A stretch of DNA of 57,396 nucleotides, counting the filler, from Basidiobolus ranarum (lineage: Eukaryota): the NCBI GenBank assembly GCA_040143965.1. It is 7 parts of 7 records of this genome, joined end to end, with 100 filler letters (N's around TTAATTAATTAA, not from the genome) between each part and the next. Parts side by side here need not be neighbours in the genome. Positions count along the whole stretch, not along the records: positions 32,882 to 40,991 come from JASJQH010001018.1; positions 41,092 to 49,199 come from JASJQH010001019.1; positions 49,300 to 57,396 come from JASJQH010001020.1; 4 more parts are not named here. One strand, 5' to 3'. The notes below the pieces were generated by a model that made no database searches, had not been told where the DNA came from, and saw only the letters and a program-made list of their open reading frames with translations. Positions 38,780 to 53,224 of this stretch are shown here, piece by piece; the first letter of the stretch is position 1; each line of letters starts with the position of its first letter. The position numbers and the translations under genes are program-made.

Positions 38780-39200
38780 TGCTGTTTGCCACAGATCAAT
38801 TACAAGTGGAAAACACTTGTCAAATATATGACTCATAATCCTTCAGTACTTAAACTATCTACATGTTGAGGTGGATGTTTGGTTTTCATTGGTAATCTGA
38901 AAAACCCAAAGACATGAGCTGTTTGCACACAGTTGGCAATCTCTGAATCATATAAATATCATTAATATTTTGCTAACATTCTATTGTTTCTTCATCTTGA
39001 AATTTTGATGAAATCACCCAAATATAGATTATTGATCCCATACCAAAGTACTCACTGTAAAGCTGATGCTATTACCAGTATACTTGATGGATACCACTAC
39101 CAGAATCTTAAAAGTCAAGGTTTCTTTGAGAAAATGTATGATCATTCATTTGCATTGGCGATGGATAGTTTCTTACTAAACAAATGTAACACTGGAAAGG
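38780..39200 (+). mobile_element. decayed CACTA/EnSpm (Transposase_21/Tnp2-like) N-terminal fragment
   Basis: LMKSPKYRLLIPYQSTH..ADAITSILDGYHYQNLKSQGFFEKMYDHSFALAMDSF resembles the I.D..DG..Y..L...G.F....D.AL.L..DGF segment of fungal CACTA transposases; flanked by stops. Confidence 0.6.
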
Positions 39201-39204
39201 CTTG

Positions 39205-40776
39205 CCCTTACATAAAAAAAAGTGCTTTGATCCAGATTGGATCCACCCTTCTGGATCACAATACCAACAGAGAGCCATCACAATACTGGTGGCTTGCATT
39301 CTGCAAGGAATTTTGATGGTGTGATGGCGGCTTCTAGATGGTTCTTTAATGGTATTCAAACATGTTTAAATATTCATTCTCATATTTGGCATGTGTTATT
39401 TAACTGCAGGCAATTTTCACAAAAATCTAATTTTTGAACGGCAAATTACTGGACTTACTACTGGAGGTATTCAAATTGATATGAATGCGTTTATTTAGAT
39501 GTTTTAGGCTTTGTATTCCAGCCATAATGAGAATCAAACAATACCACAATCTTGTTGTGTTTAGTCTCTACATACACACATACTTGACTGATGAGACATA
39601 ACTCATCAAAATCAATATGCTTTACCAGCAAACTACTGGTGGAACAATTGCTAAATATCACCAATTTTGAGTAGCATTGATGCTTGGCAAATAGCTGACT
39701 CTTGTAACTGTTCACAAAGAGAATAAGCTCTTAAATTTTGGCAAATTTCCATAAAGAATTCAGCCAAAATATCCCCAACTTGCATTAAACAAATGTCCTC
39801 CCATAAGTAGAGGGGTCATTGCTCAAATAGATGACCCCATGGCTAAAACAATAATACTGTGTATCTTGATATCTCTCACCAAGAAGTCTGTCTTGCAGCT
39901 TTGCTAGAACTACTATCAGATTTTCACTTAAACAAGTTGGTCCAAATTATAGAGGGACTTACTCTGTGTCCATGGATTGGGTTTTGTTGCTGCCACACAA
40001 GAATAAAATTGATTTGATCCAAATTGGATCCACCCTCCAAAATAGCAAAGCTATGAGAACTATCAAAATATTGGTGGCTTGTATTCTGCCAGAGATTTTG
40101 ATGGAGTGAGGGTGGTCTCTTGATAATATTTTGACCATATTCATACATGTTAATACAATGATCCTTGAGTTTGGCATGCATTATTCAATATCCAGCAATT
40201 TTTGCAAAAACATAATTTTTCAATGACAAAAAACTGGGTTTACTGCTGTGGGAGTTCAAATTAATATGTATGCCTTTATTTAGATATTTTAGGCTTTGTA
40301 TTCCAGCCATAATGAGAATCAAAAAATATAAGAATCTTGTTGTGTTTAGTTTCTACATATGCACAAACTTGACTGATTAGACATAACTCAACAACATTAA
40401 TATACTTTACCTGTAAACTAATGGTAGAAAAATTGCTAAACATCTGAAAATTTGAATACCACTGGCACTTGCCAAATAGCTGACTCTTGTTACCATTTAT
40501 AATGAGAATAAGCTGTTGGATTTTGGCAAGTTTTCATAAAGAATTCAGCCAATATGTCCCCAACTTGCAGTGAACAAATGTCCTGCCACATGTAGATATG
40601 TTGTTGCGTGAATAGATTACCCCAAGGCTAAAACAATAATACAGCATATCTTGATCTATCTCACTAAGAAGTCCATCTTGCAGCTTTCCTGAAAAACCAT
40701 CAGTTTTTCACACAAACAAATTAGTCCAAACTATAGAGGCACTTACTCTGTGACCATAGATTGGGCTTTGTTGCTG
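39205..40776 (+). repeat. diverged tandem duplication, about 785-nt period
   Basis: Shared anchors attggatccaccct (about 39236/40023), ttttaggctttgtattccagccataatgagaatcaaa (about 39501/40287) and gattggg.tttgttgctg (about 39975/40759). Confidence 0.92.
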
Positions 40777-40991
40777 TTATTGTGCTCAAACAATGCAAAA
40801 ACCCATGAGCACATTGAAAAGAGCCCTTTGGTGGAAGGTTAATATACTCTGGAGTCTCCTTAACCCATTGCATTACATCCATCACTGATTTTGCTGATAC
40901 ATTGTTAATTAGATTAGCATATAGTAATACTGACGATTTCCCAGAGCATCTTTTTACCACAGGTGTGCTCCATTGGGAACTCCCAGATGTA
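39205..40991 (-). mobile_element. decayed CACTA/EnSpm transposase C-terminal part with a tandemly duplicated 3' end
   Basis: At the gap edge the minus strand reads IWEFPMEHTCG (W.FPMER.CG hallmark), then after a frameshift LYANLINN; the C-terminus ...GKCQWYS...CLISQVCAYVETKHNKI..FDSHYGWNTKPK* is present twice. Confidence 0.7.
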
Positions 40992-41091
40992 NNNNNNNNN
41001 NNNNNNNNNNNNNNNNNNNNNNNNNNNNNNNNNNNTTAATTAATTAANNNNNNNNNNNNNNNNNNNNNNNNNNNNNNNNNNNNNNNNNNNN
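40992..41091. other. assembly gap spacer
   Basis: N44-TTAATTAATTAA-N44. Confidence 0.98.
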
Positions 41092-41397
41092 GACTCAGCA
41101 GAGGTTTGGTGACCAGCCTTTACAGAGACAGCGTTAGCTTGCCGCTTGTTCTTGGCCATGTTGGTGTGAACAAAGCTCACAACATCGGGACGAATAGGAG
41201 CCTTGAAAACGGCGGGAAGAGTGACATTGGCAATGGAGCCATTGCCAGACTCGGAATAGACGTTAATGACTGGTCTAGCGGCCGCGGACTATGAATCATT
41301 AGAATCGATTGTTAGAATTGATATACAGATGGATGTGCACTTTCTTATTCGGATTGATAGCTAGGGTTTACATTTATCAGCTCTTAATACATACCAT
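41092..41397 (-). CDS. RPL4: 60S ribosomal protein L4 (uL4), 5' part; remainder lost in gap
   Basis: ATG-only first coding exon (41395-41397), intron 41289-41394, then [15 protein letters not shown]...[43 protein letters not shown]. Not in the supplied ORF track. Confidence 0.95.
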
Positions 41398-41958
41398 CTT
41401 GAATCCTTGAGATGACAAAGCGGTTTGAATGAAAGGAAAGAACCATTATGATCGTCTATTGATTATTATACTTGGCGAAAGTTACTCCCAAAATCATCCT
41501 CCATCAAACAATAGTGATTGGGTGACCAATCTTGATCAAGAAAATAAGAATTTTTTATCTGGAAAATTCGTATTCGTCCAATGAATTATGAAATTTTCTT
41601 TTTTTAAACCAATTATTCATTCAAAGAGAAGAATTTGATTAAAATTAACTTGCTTTAAAGGTTTCAAGTGTTCTTATTTAAAAATTGGTTTAGCGTTTTA
41701 CACCTACTATGAGTCTTTTATTTCTAAATAAACCTTGAGTTTGAAAGAACTTGCACAGTATTAACAGGAACTATTTTTAAAAAACAACCCTTAGCTTAAC
41801 TACAAGATATATCATGAGATATTAGTTAGTTCTAGTTAAACCTCTATTAAATCGGAGATTATATAGAAAAGTCTGAAAGAACCGTTCCATTTTGACCTCT
41901 CATTTGGTAACTTCACAGTTGCATGCTTTGTAACGGAGACGGGTATATGCAAAGAAGG

Positions 41959-42986
41959 TCAACATTCCTCATAGATAGGGGGTGCAAATCGACTATAGTC
42001 AGGAGGAGGAACATCACCACAAACTCGAGGTTGATCAGTTGGCTGAATGGTAATAGGAAAATATAGCTGAACCGATTCCATATACCCTTCTGTTGTGTTT
42101 AGAAAAAATCGAGCAAAGAGTGTATGATTTACTTCAATATATTTAGTTTCACAATCGAATTGAATTTCTTGCGGTAGAGACACAGAAAAAGAGGTTGACC
42201 AAGTTTGTCCCATGGGTTTCTTGAATTCTTCAATAATGTTTGAATACTGGTTACTCTGTACAATAGGCGCTTCCTTAACACATCTATATACACTGTGCTC
42301 TACTACGTTCAACATGACTTTCTCTACTTGAAGAAGAGCATCTAGTGGATTGAATTTGAAATTAATAGGTATACTCTCTCCAGGGGAGTATATGAAAGTA
42401 GGAATCTCCACTTCATAGAAAAACCTAGAAGCCCAGACTCCAGAGATAGATGTTGTGGGCGGTTCTTGATACACCGAGGAGAAGGGGGAGAGCAAACGTC
42501 GGATAGATATTGGTGTACAGAATTTTACATCATGTTTAAGGCCAGGCCGCTCCACAAAAGCAGATAGTTTGTAAGAAATACTTCCATGAGTTGTTGTTAT
42601 GCTCTCAGGTAGAGACCCATCTAATGGAATCTCAAAATCAAATTGATGAATCTTAGACCCAAGAGTGTATACACGATCTGAGGGCTCAAGAACGTCACAA
42701 TTATACTCTATCAACGTTTCTCTCTTTGGGCACAAATCTATAAAGCATATAGTGATATTAGAGAGTTATCGAACTAAGGCATGTTGGAGCATTTAAGGAC
42801 TGTACCTGAGATCAACTTGAATTTAACCATTCCCTTAAAGCGTAGAGTGATGGATTTTACCTTGAGTGGTTTTTTAAGATTTAAACTAACGGTTCCGCGA
42901 AGAATGCAGCCCGTAGAGTCTTCCGGCGAGCCATGTATAGTTAAGCAAGGTTCAAGTAGCTTAATTTGGAGAATGTGATTAGTCAT
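41959..42986 (-). CDS. alpha-arrestin (arrestin N/C domains with PY motifs)
   Basis: LTIHGSPEDSTGCILRGTVSLNLKKPLKVKSITLRFKG | intron 42738-42805 | HQFDFEIPLDGSLPESI..HGSISYKLSA..ERPG; C-terminal PPPDY and PPIY. Confidence 0.88.
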
Positions 42987-44697
42987 GCAGAGGGTTTTTA
43001 ATGGCGAACGAGTAATATGAAGGAGTAATAGCCAGCTTGATGGATGGATAATATGTTAGATTTCTTTGAACTTGTAATAGCAATATGTAACTCAAAAATG
43101 GCGGAGACACTGAGAGTGTTGGCACATTAAATACTTGGTTTGCCAGTCCACGGAATTTTCTTTTCCGTGGTGGACAAATTGCGTTGATCATCTTCGGATG
43201 TTCTCTAAAAGGACGAACAAACATGAATTAGAAGTCAAAATCTTTTGCTCGGTCCATATTCTTCAGGTGAGATTTATCCAAATACCGATAACCCAGAGTT
43301 AACGAGCGAATTGTGTCCAATTGCACCACTATCATACATAGCTATGTCGTGGTTATCGCTGCTGATATGGCAGTATTTTAATACATAAAGAACATGCAAA
43401 TCTAACCGATATATATCTCCGAAAACGCTGTCCAAAATTGGTTGTGACGGTGACGACTTCCCAAAAAAGGGAATGACCGTGTATTCTTCGGGAGGAAGAG
43501 TTGTTTATCCGAGTATCTGATCAGATATTTTCTTTCAAAACGCTCAAAGCACTCAAAACACTGGTAATGATGATGTTTATTACCTCAGCTATACAAGCAA
43601 GTGGGAAAGACCAGGTCAAAAGTAACAGAGTTCTGGAGGACTTACAGCTACAGGATATCCTTGGGTATTTCAAGCATGTGAAGAAAAACAAGGTTATTGG
43701 GAGAATGGATTCTGTTAGAGTATTTTATATGTAACAAGCAGTAAATCCCCTCTCTATTCGGATCGACAACTACTTGTTATGGTTCTTACTGAATTCACCA
43801 GGTGTATTCACAGCCAGGCATTAACAGTGGAAACAATCTTCTAAAAAAGCGCATCTTGATTCGTTAATTTTTGGGTCATATTAATATCATTGGCTAATGT
43901 AAGCATGTTGCGTGATTACAAATAGGGCATGTATCTTCAGCGTAAGTGTGACATTTGGCTGAGTCTCTGGAGACCATTCGATTCCACTAATGCTCTATTG
44001 ATCACACTCGCAGCTGTGGACGAATGTTTGTAATATCATTATTTGGCATTCAGAGTTCATTTAGCATTCGTGTGACCACTGGCCAATCATTGATTGCTAT
44101 TCCAAAGCAATATTTCGAATAAATTAAGAGTCAGACTAACTTCCTTGTTTGGCAGTCGGCTTTGATTCGTGTTGCCTACAGATCTCTGTCAACGAGGAAC
44201 GTGAGTGGATTTGAGGGTTGGACACTGGGTTTTTAATGAACTTGACTGCTCTGGATTTATTGGTGTAATGCTACGTTAATTCTCTTGTTCTACTTAAGGT
44301 GTTTACTATTATTTTTTACTTACTATGGTGTCCTTGAAACATCAACCCTACCCCCTTAATTCTAGTTCCACACTCATTCACATAATGCAGTAAAATCCCC
44401 TCTGCCCCATCCCAGTCCATTGTTCTGAATTACCCTGACTTATTTTATTCTTTAACTTCCTTGGATTTTCTTATTTTCGATATCTGTAATACCAAGTTTC
44501 CTGCTTTCTTGGAAGATTATTATTAGAACAAACTAGCGCAAAGTTACCAACAATATCGACTTGCCTTGTTTGCCCCACTTTACTCTTCCGATAGCGATTA
44601 TCCTTTTTTAGTTTCTTCTCACTCATCTAATACAGTATCTACTCTTTGAGACTTTAGAGAAAGTCTTTACTTGCACATCTGCTTTTGAGTACATACA

Positions 44698-47271
<2,574 letters not shown>

Positions 47272-48313
47272 AGGATAAAGCTTATCGTATTTACCATATT
47301 CGATGTTTATTTCTTGGTTTTCTTTATTTTACATCGGTCGCTCCTCCAATCCAACTTCAATGACAATTACCGTTCCACCCTCGCATCTAGTATTTTGGTT
47401 TATTATATATTTTCAAAGAATTGTAGAACAGTACCCGCTTAACATCACTCACTTTATTCTAAAACCTGAATGTTCGGTTCTCTTTTGGTGAAGAACAAAC
47501 GACCTCAATGTACACTCTATACTGTATACTTTGTTCCAAATTTTCTGTCTGTTGGTATTATAAGAAGTAATATCATGGTTTTCCTCATCCCTAGCCACAT
47601 TTAACTACATAATATTCGCTTTCCTCTATTTTTCTGCTCTCAATTTCATGCTTGTTTCGATATCTTCTCGATATCTGGCATTGATCGTACTTGATTGTCC
47701 TTTCTGTAAGTATCAAGGTTTCATACTTTTGATTGAATAAAACTACCTTCGAAATATACACTTATCACTCTGCGCCCAGATGAAACTCGACTGAATCAAA
47801 AGATGTCTTCATTTTCGCGGTATACAAACCAACACTCTCCGCTGCGTCTCATCTTGAGCTGTATCTGACTTGTATCGATTGAACTAAGCGATGATCTGCA
47901 TGTACATCTTTTCAGAATAGTGGGTTTTAATTCATGCCTAAATATGTAATCACATGTGATTCTTTACTCGGATTTGAGAAATTGAAACTATTTGTATATT
48001 ATTTACTATATATTATATTCCCCTTTAAGTTAAGGATGATGGAGAGGTGAAAAATGTCACTAGATATCTTTTGGAAAATGATATCATTAGGGGATACGAA
48101 TGACTGATCATTGGATAATGGATTATTAATTGATTTAGTGGATTTTTTTACCATTTCGTGAATTCCAAGACGGAGAGTGGGGAAGAGATATAGAGTGGTA
48201 CACGGGAGATTTTTTTTCGTGATTTGTACCTCTGTATCTGTTTGCTTCTTACTATCACGTATTCCAATTGAACTTTTATTTATTTTCCACATTTTTGTTC
48301 ACTTTAACACGAC

Positions 48314-49199
48314 ATGGACCTGTCTACAAAACTTGAAGGGTTAGGTCTTTCGGAAGAGGAGGAAAAACACTTCAAAGAAATCGATACCCCTTTAAAATTT
48401 TTGAAAGTCTGCTTTCCAACATATGACGACGAACATTTAATAAGTAAATTAGAAGCTTGTGACGGTGATATAGAAAGTACAGTGGACGTCATATCAAACG
48501 ACGAGCTAAGAAACTTGGAAATATTCGGGGCTGAAGTCGACTCATTTGCTGCACACGAAGAGACTCCTGTCGATGCACCAACGAAACCTTTGACAGAACC
48601 CTCTAAACGTCAATACAATACTCCCGGTAATTTTAGTAAATCTCGTAGGCAACAACGTGAGAATCGGCCCAAGCTTCGTCAGCCCTTAAAGAAAGATGAT
48701 TTTCCGGATTTACTATCTAATAATACATCGGCTAGCCCTGAATCTTTGCCATCGTTAATATCACCACCGCAACAGTATCAACCCAAATCTCGTCAAGTTT
48801 TTAAAAAGGATGACTTTCCCGATTTATTGTCTAGTAAGACACCAGTTATCTCCAATTCCGCGTCCTCATCAACCTCACAACAACTGCCACCACCACTTCC
48901 TTCGGTAGAATCAAGTACAACTCTTCGTCACCAGGAAGAGTTTGAAGAGGATCTATCTCAATTAGCAAGTATATTTCCTGATCATGATGTACAGGCTCTA
49001 TCCGGAACACTACAAATATCCACCAGCCTTGAAAACGCCATTGATAATGTGCTAAACAACCTGAAAAGTTACAAAGCCAAGGAGAAGAATACTAAAAATG
49101 GAAATCCAACGAAATTACTCTACAGTAGACAAAGAAATATCCGAGAGATTCACGATAATTCAGAAGCGGAGATTCTACGAGCCCAGAAGTCTCCAAATT
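48314..49199 (+). CDS. tandem CUE-domain protein (possibly Cue2/Smr-type); 3' end in gap
   Basis: CUE-like LKFLKVCFPTYDDEHLISKLEACDGDIESTVDVI and LSQLASIFPDHDVQALSGTL...LENAIDNVL. An Smr domain is not visible (truncated). Confidence 0.7.
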
Positions 49200-49299
49200 N
49201 NNNNNNNNNNNNNNNNNNNNNNNNNNNNNNNNNNNNNNNNNNNTTAATTAATTAANNNNNNNNNNNNNNNNNNNNNNNNNNNNNNNNNNNNNNNNNNNN
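49200..49299. other. assembly gap spacer
   Basis: N44-TTAATTAATTAA-N44. Confidence 0.98.
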
Positions 49300-50286
49300 C
49301 CTTAAGTTACGGATGATGGGAGGAAACAAGAGAGCATACAAGCATCACCAAGTTTCAGAATTTCGGAGGAAAAGTCATAATTAGGTAATATATCTCTGCC
49401 TCCAAATATGTGCCGACCAACTCTAGGCCCATCAGGTTCACCCAAGTAAAATTTGGCGTAGATATACGCTCTCCATACCACCAAGAACATTGGGATATTA
49501 CGTTCTACGAAATGCTCAAACACGGATCGACTGATTATCTCATTGGAGGAAAATGCACTGAAGTTTTTATCATCTCTCTGCGCCTTTCGTTGATAGATTG
49601 CCAATTGTGCTACTACTAGGTCTATTGCTGGTTCATGGGTTGGCACAGTAACCGGCTGATGGGTCTCATCTCCTGAGAGAGCGTCTTGTATTTGATTTGC
49701 AAAGTAAGTCTTCATAACCCAAAATGTTCCAGCTAATACGTCGTATATATGCCCAAGAGAAACTTTTGTTTCTTCTCCTTCACTAACTGGCTCAGCTAAA
49801 GAGTCGAAAAACATGACAATTCTTTCTTTTCTTCCTGCAAGAAAATCTTTGTGTTGTTCACAGTAAAATGCAGTGGAAGTTTGGAAACAATCGTATGTTA
49901 AACCGGAAGTGGCCTTTGCAGGTATACCTTTTAAAATATTTGGAAGTTTACAAAAAGGTTCGTATAGAATATGTGGTAGGTTTAATTCTTTAGGCAACCC
50001 AATATAAATCTAAAAATGGAATGGTGAGTTGAGCATGTATAAGATTTGCTTCTTTTTTTATAGTTTTCTATACCTGGAATGTTTCTTCTGGTATTATATC
50101 GACACCATCTACTTGTTTTTTTAGACTCTTGAATACTTTGGCAATATTGTCAAGTTCAACGTTCGATACATTGTGACCATTACTACCTTCTCCTGCTAGC
50201 GAAGTCTGTGTATTATTGTGGCTATTTTCATTAAGAGTCTTTCTCGAATGAGATTCTCTCGAGTGTGAAGAATGCTTGTTTCCCAT
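49300..50286 (-). CDS. N-myristoylated protein, probably Rtc5/MEAK7-like TLDc protein; 3' part in gap
   Basis: MGNKHSS myristoylation-type start; exon 1 ends EETFQ|gtatag, exon 2 starts IYIGLPKEL; ends SSEILKLGDACMLSCFLPSS, the usual lead-in to a TLDc domain, at a probable GT donor next to the gap. Confidence 0.55.
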
Positions 50287-50758
50287 ATTTGAGGACTGGA
50301 AGTGATACTATGTGAGAGTGAAGTATGTTTTGGTCTATCCAAGCTCTAATAAAGTATATAAGTATCCCATTTTTGGATCAGTCCAACAAACCGATAAATA
50401 ATGATAGAGTGATGGGTGTCAGAGCAGAGTTTAACTTTTACACAGATCGCTAAATCATTCAATTAAGAGGTCCGAATGTAACCTTAAATTTATTCACCAG
50501 ATGTGAGATCGAGGTGGCTAATACAGGTTATTTGTTTTAATCAGTTCGTGAGTACGGTATTCGGTATAAAGATGTGTTACTGCTCTAAGCTAAGTTAATT
50601 TGAGCTCAATAGATCATTAAAGTACGCATAAGGATTCAAGAGTATCTCCATATTTTCTTCTAGTATAAAGTTGTATATACACTCATAATTATTAAAGGGC
50701 TATTGACAAAAGGATTACTGAATGGTATTGATGACTTCGTTAACATGCAATATAGACC

Positions 50759-53224
50759 TCATTTGAACCAAATGGACCCTGAGGCAAACATATTCATATC
50801 ATCTTCGTAGTCATAGCGATAGGTAAATACTTCGTTGTTCACTGATTCCCGTTCAGTTGCTCCTGTCCACAGGGCGCCTGCACCGAAATAGTCATTTCCA
50901 CTCATATTGTCACTAAAGCTGCTTAGGCTTTCAGTCCCAGCAGATCTTATATCATCATTATTGGAAATGTTGATTGCATTGAATGTTGATGTGTTCAGTC
51001 CAGAGTTGATACCAATTAGATTGGAGTTTGGTGAAAGTGATGAGGTAACCGGTGTACGAAATGGAATCATATCAATGTTAGGGGAGACTATAAATGGGGG
51101 GATATTTCCTGGTGAAGTGACTATGTTGTTTTGAGAGTCATGGTGTTGTAACGGGTCTATTTGCTGACTAAATGCATTGAATTGATCGTTTTCAGGTGGC
51201 TGGATGTTCTGCCGTGTTCTAACAAAAGAAACACCTGTCAAATCAACTTTGGGTGCATTTCCGGTAGCATTTTCGCCAGATAAGCATAAATTCACTGGTT
51301 GATGGACCATCGGTTGTCTTTGGGTTTGTAGTAATTGAAGTTGCTTTAGCTGTTGTAGGTTTAACGATCTTTGATTGGAAACGGTTGTGACTCTAGCAAC
51401 ACTGTTCAAGTCATTCATCTGTTCAGTTATACTCTGCGTCTGAGAATCAAGTGGAAGTAAATTATTAGAAGTATCAGCTTGTACAGAATGATTACTCTCA
51501 AGTGATTCATCGGAGGCGAGTCGACGAGGCCGTTTGTTAGGAATAATATTGCTAACCACAGTACGGATAGAGCCATTAGTGCTCTCAAGGCCAATTGGGC
51601 TTGACACTTCGTTAAGCCTTGGAATATTCGAATTGTTGTTGCTTGGATCCGATAAATGATTATTATCCGTATCCTTGGGAGCTCCATTGGTTTGTGCTCC
51701 TATAGCATTTCCATTTGATACTCCCTTACTATCTTTAGCTGGATTACGGTTTCGTTTTTTGATCACATTTGTTTTTAGGCTGAGAGGTCTAACGATGCCA
51801 TGAAGTTTCAAAAACAAACCACATGCATTGCATAGAGGCTGCCCTCCATGGGGATTGCGTCTCCACAACGGAGTTGTTGTTGTTTTACAATTAGAACAAC
51901 TTGGGTTTTCATTGCCGCAAGATGGGACAACATTTCGCTTGGGCTTGTTGCTTACTTTTGGGGCAAGTTTGTTAACAGGGCCAACAGAGTTAGACCCATT
52001 CATTATACCATTTTTCTCCTCGATATTTTGATAAAGAGGCAGACTCCGAGGTGGCTCGGGAAGATCTTCAGCTATCTGGATAGAAGGAAATGCTCTCACA
52101 ATATGACTAGACGAGGAACTGCTGTTCGCTCCTGGTGTGAATGGGAAACTTTTCATGGTAGAAAAATTTTGAGAATGAGGTGGGGTGGGAAGAGAATTAT
52201 TACAAATATCTGGATTCTCGGTCGAAGTGTAAGTATCTGGCTCCATAAGATTCATGAGATCCAAGTTGGATTGATCGTGGAGTTCAGGGAAATATCGAGT
52301 AGTATGATCAGTAGAGGAGTTAACCTCGTTAGGTGAAAAATCGAATTCACTACCAATTGACAGTGTACTAAAGTTATTGGATGTATTTATCATTGAAGTT
52401 GTGTCATACGTAGAAACTGCAGAAAGTTCGTTTAGGCTCCCGGTAGAAGTGGGGTTATTTTCCAAATAATTGAAAGTATTCAATTTTGTTGATGTAAAGT
52501 TGTTTGAGATTTCTCCATTCAACGGCGTTGTAGAGTTGTCCATTGATTTTGGCTTAGTAAAATTCTTTTCGAGGTACAAAGGAATAATATTAGATTATGT
52601 TAAAAATTACTTGAATGAAAATAACAATACCAAAAGTCCTTTGCTTGTAAGATAGTTATGATTCAGAGCGATGGTATTAAGGCCTAAAGATCTTTCAGGT
52701 GGTTGGTTCAATAACGTAGTTTTGTTAACGTAGCTTGCCTGCTGACCAGATTGGGCGAAAGAGCAATCCTCCTTTTTAATGACCAGGTTAGTGCAATCTT
52801 TGGTAGGAGTATCGAAACTCGTAGAAATAATGTTGTTTTGTTGTTGCGGTAAAGAGTCCATAGAATCTCGTGAGTTAATATATACTTCATTGGTTTCGTT
52901 AGAGGTTGGAGTGGCAGATCTACCTCTTGCTACTTCCTCTTTTCGAGTTTTCAAGGTCATTGCCATCATTCTCCAAGTAAGATTTTCCAAACGCTCTCCA
53001 TTAGGCAAATTATCTTTGGCTTTACTGTATAAGCGCCATATCTCAGCAGCTAACGGGTCCTTTTCTTGCATTTTATGAATGTCATCTTTTTTTGAGGTTG
53101 AATTTCTGGGTGGAAATAAAGAAGTCGAAAGTATAGCTGCATGTATACTTGAAACTGGTGGTGAGCTTAACCGAGATAGGGGAGGGCTCTCAGGTGGAGA
53201 ATACAGTTCAGGGCTCCTCGACAT
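50759..53224 (-). CDS. areA: AreA/NIT2/Gat1-like GATA transcription factor
   Basis: DUF1752-type [40 protein letters not shown]; intron 52565-52630; finger [51 protein letters not shown]. Confidence 0.9.

Noticed and set aside
41106-41294. Plus-strand 62-aa ORF
   Set aside because: Antisense shadow of RPL4.
41361-41370. Telo-box-like AAACCCTA in the RPL4 intron (and cctaacccta near RPP1)
   Set aside because: Single short matches in AT-rich DNA; not distinguishable from chance without a genome-wide test on ribosomal protein genes.
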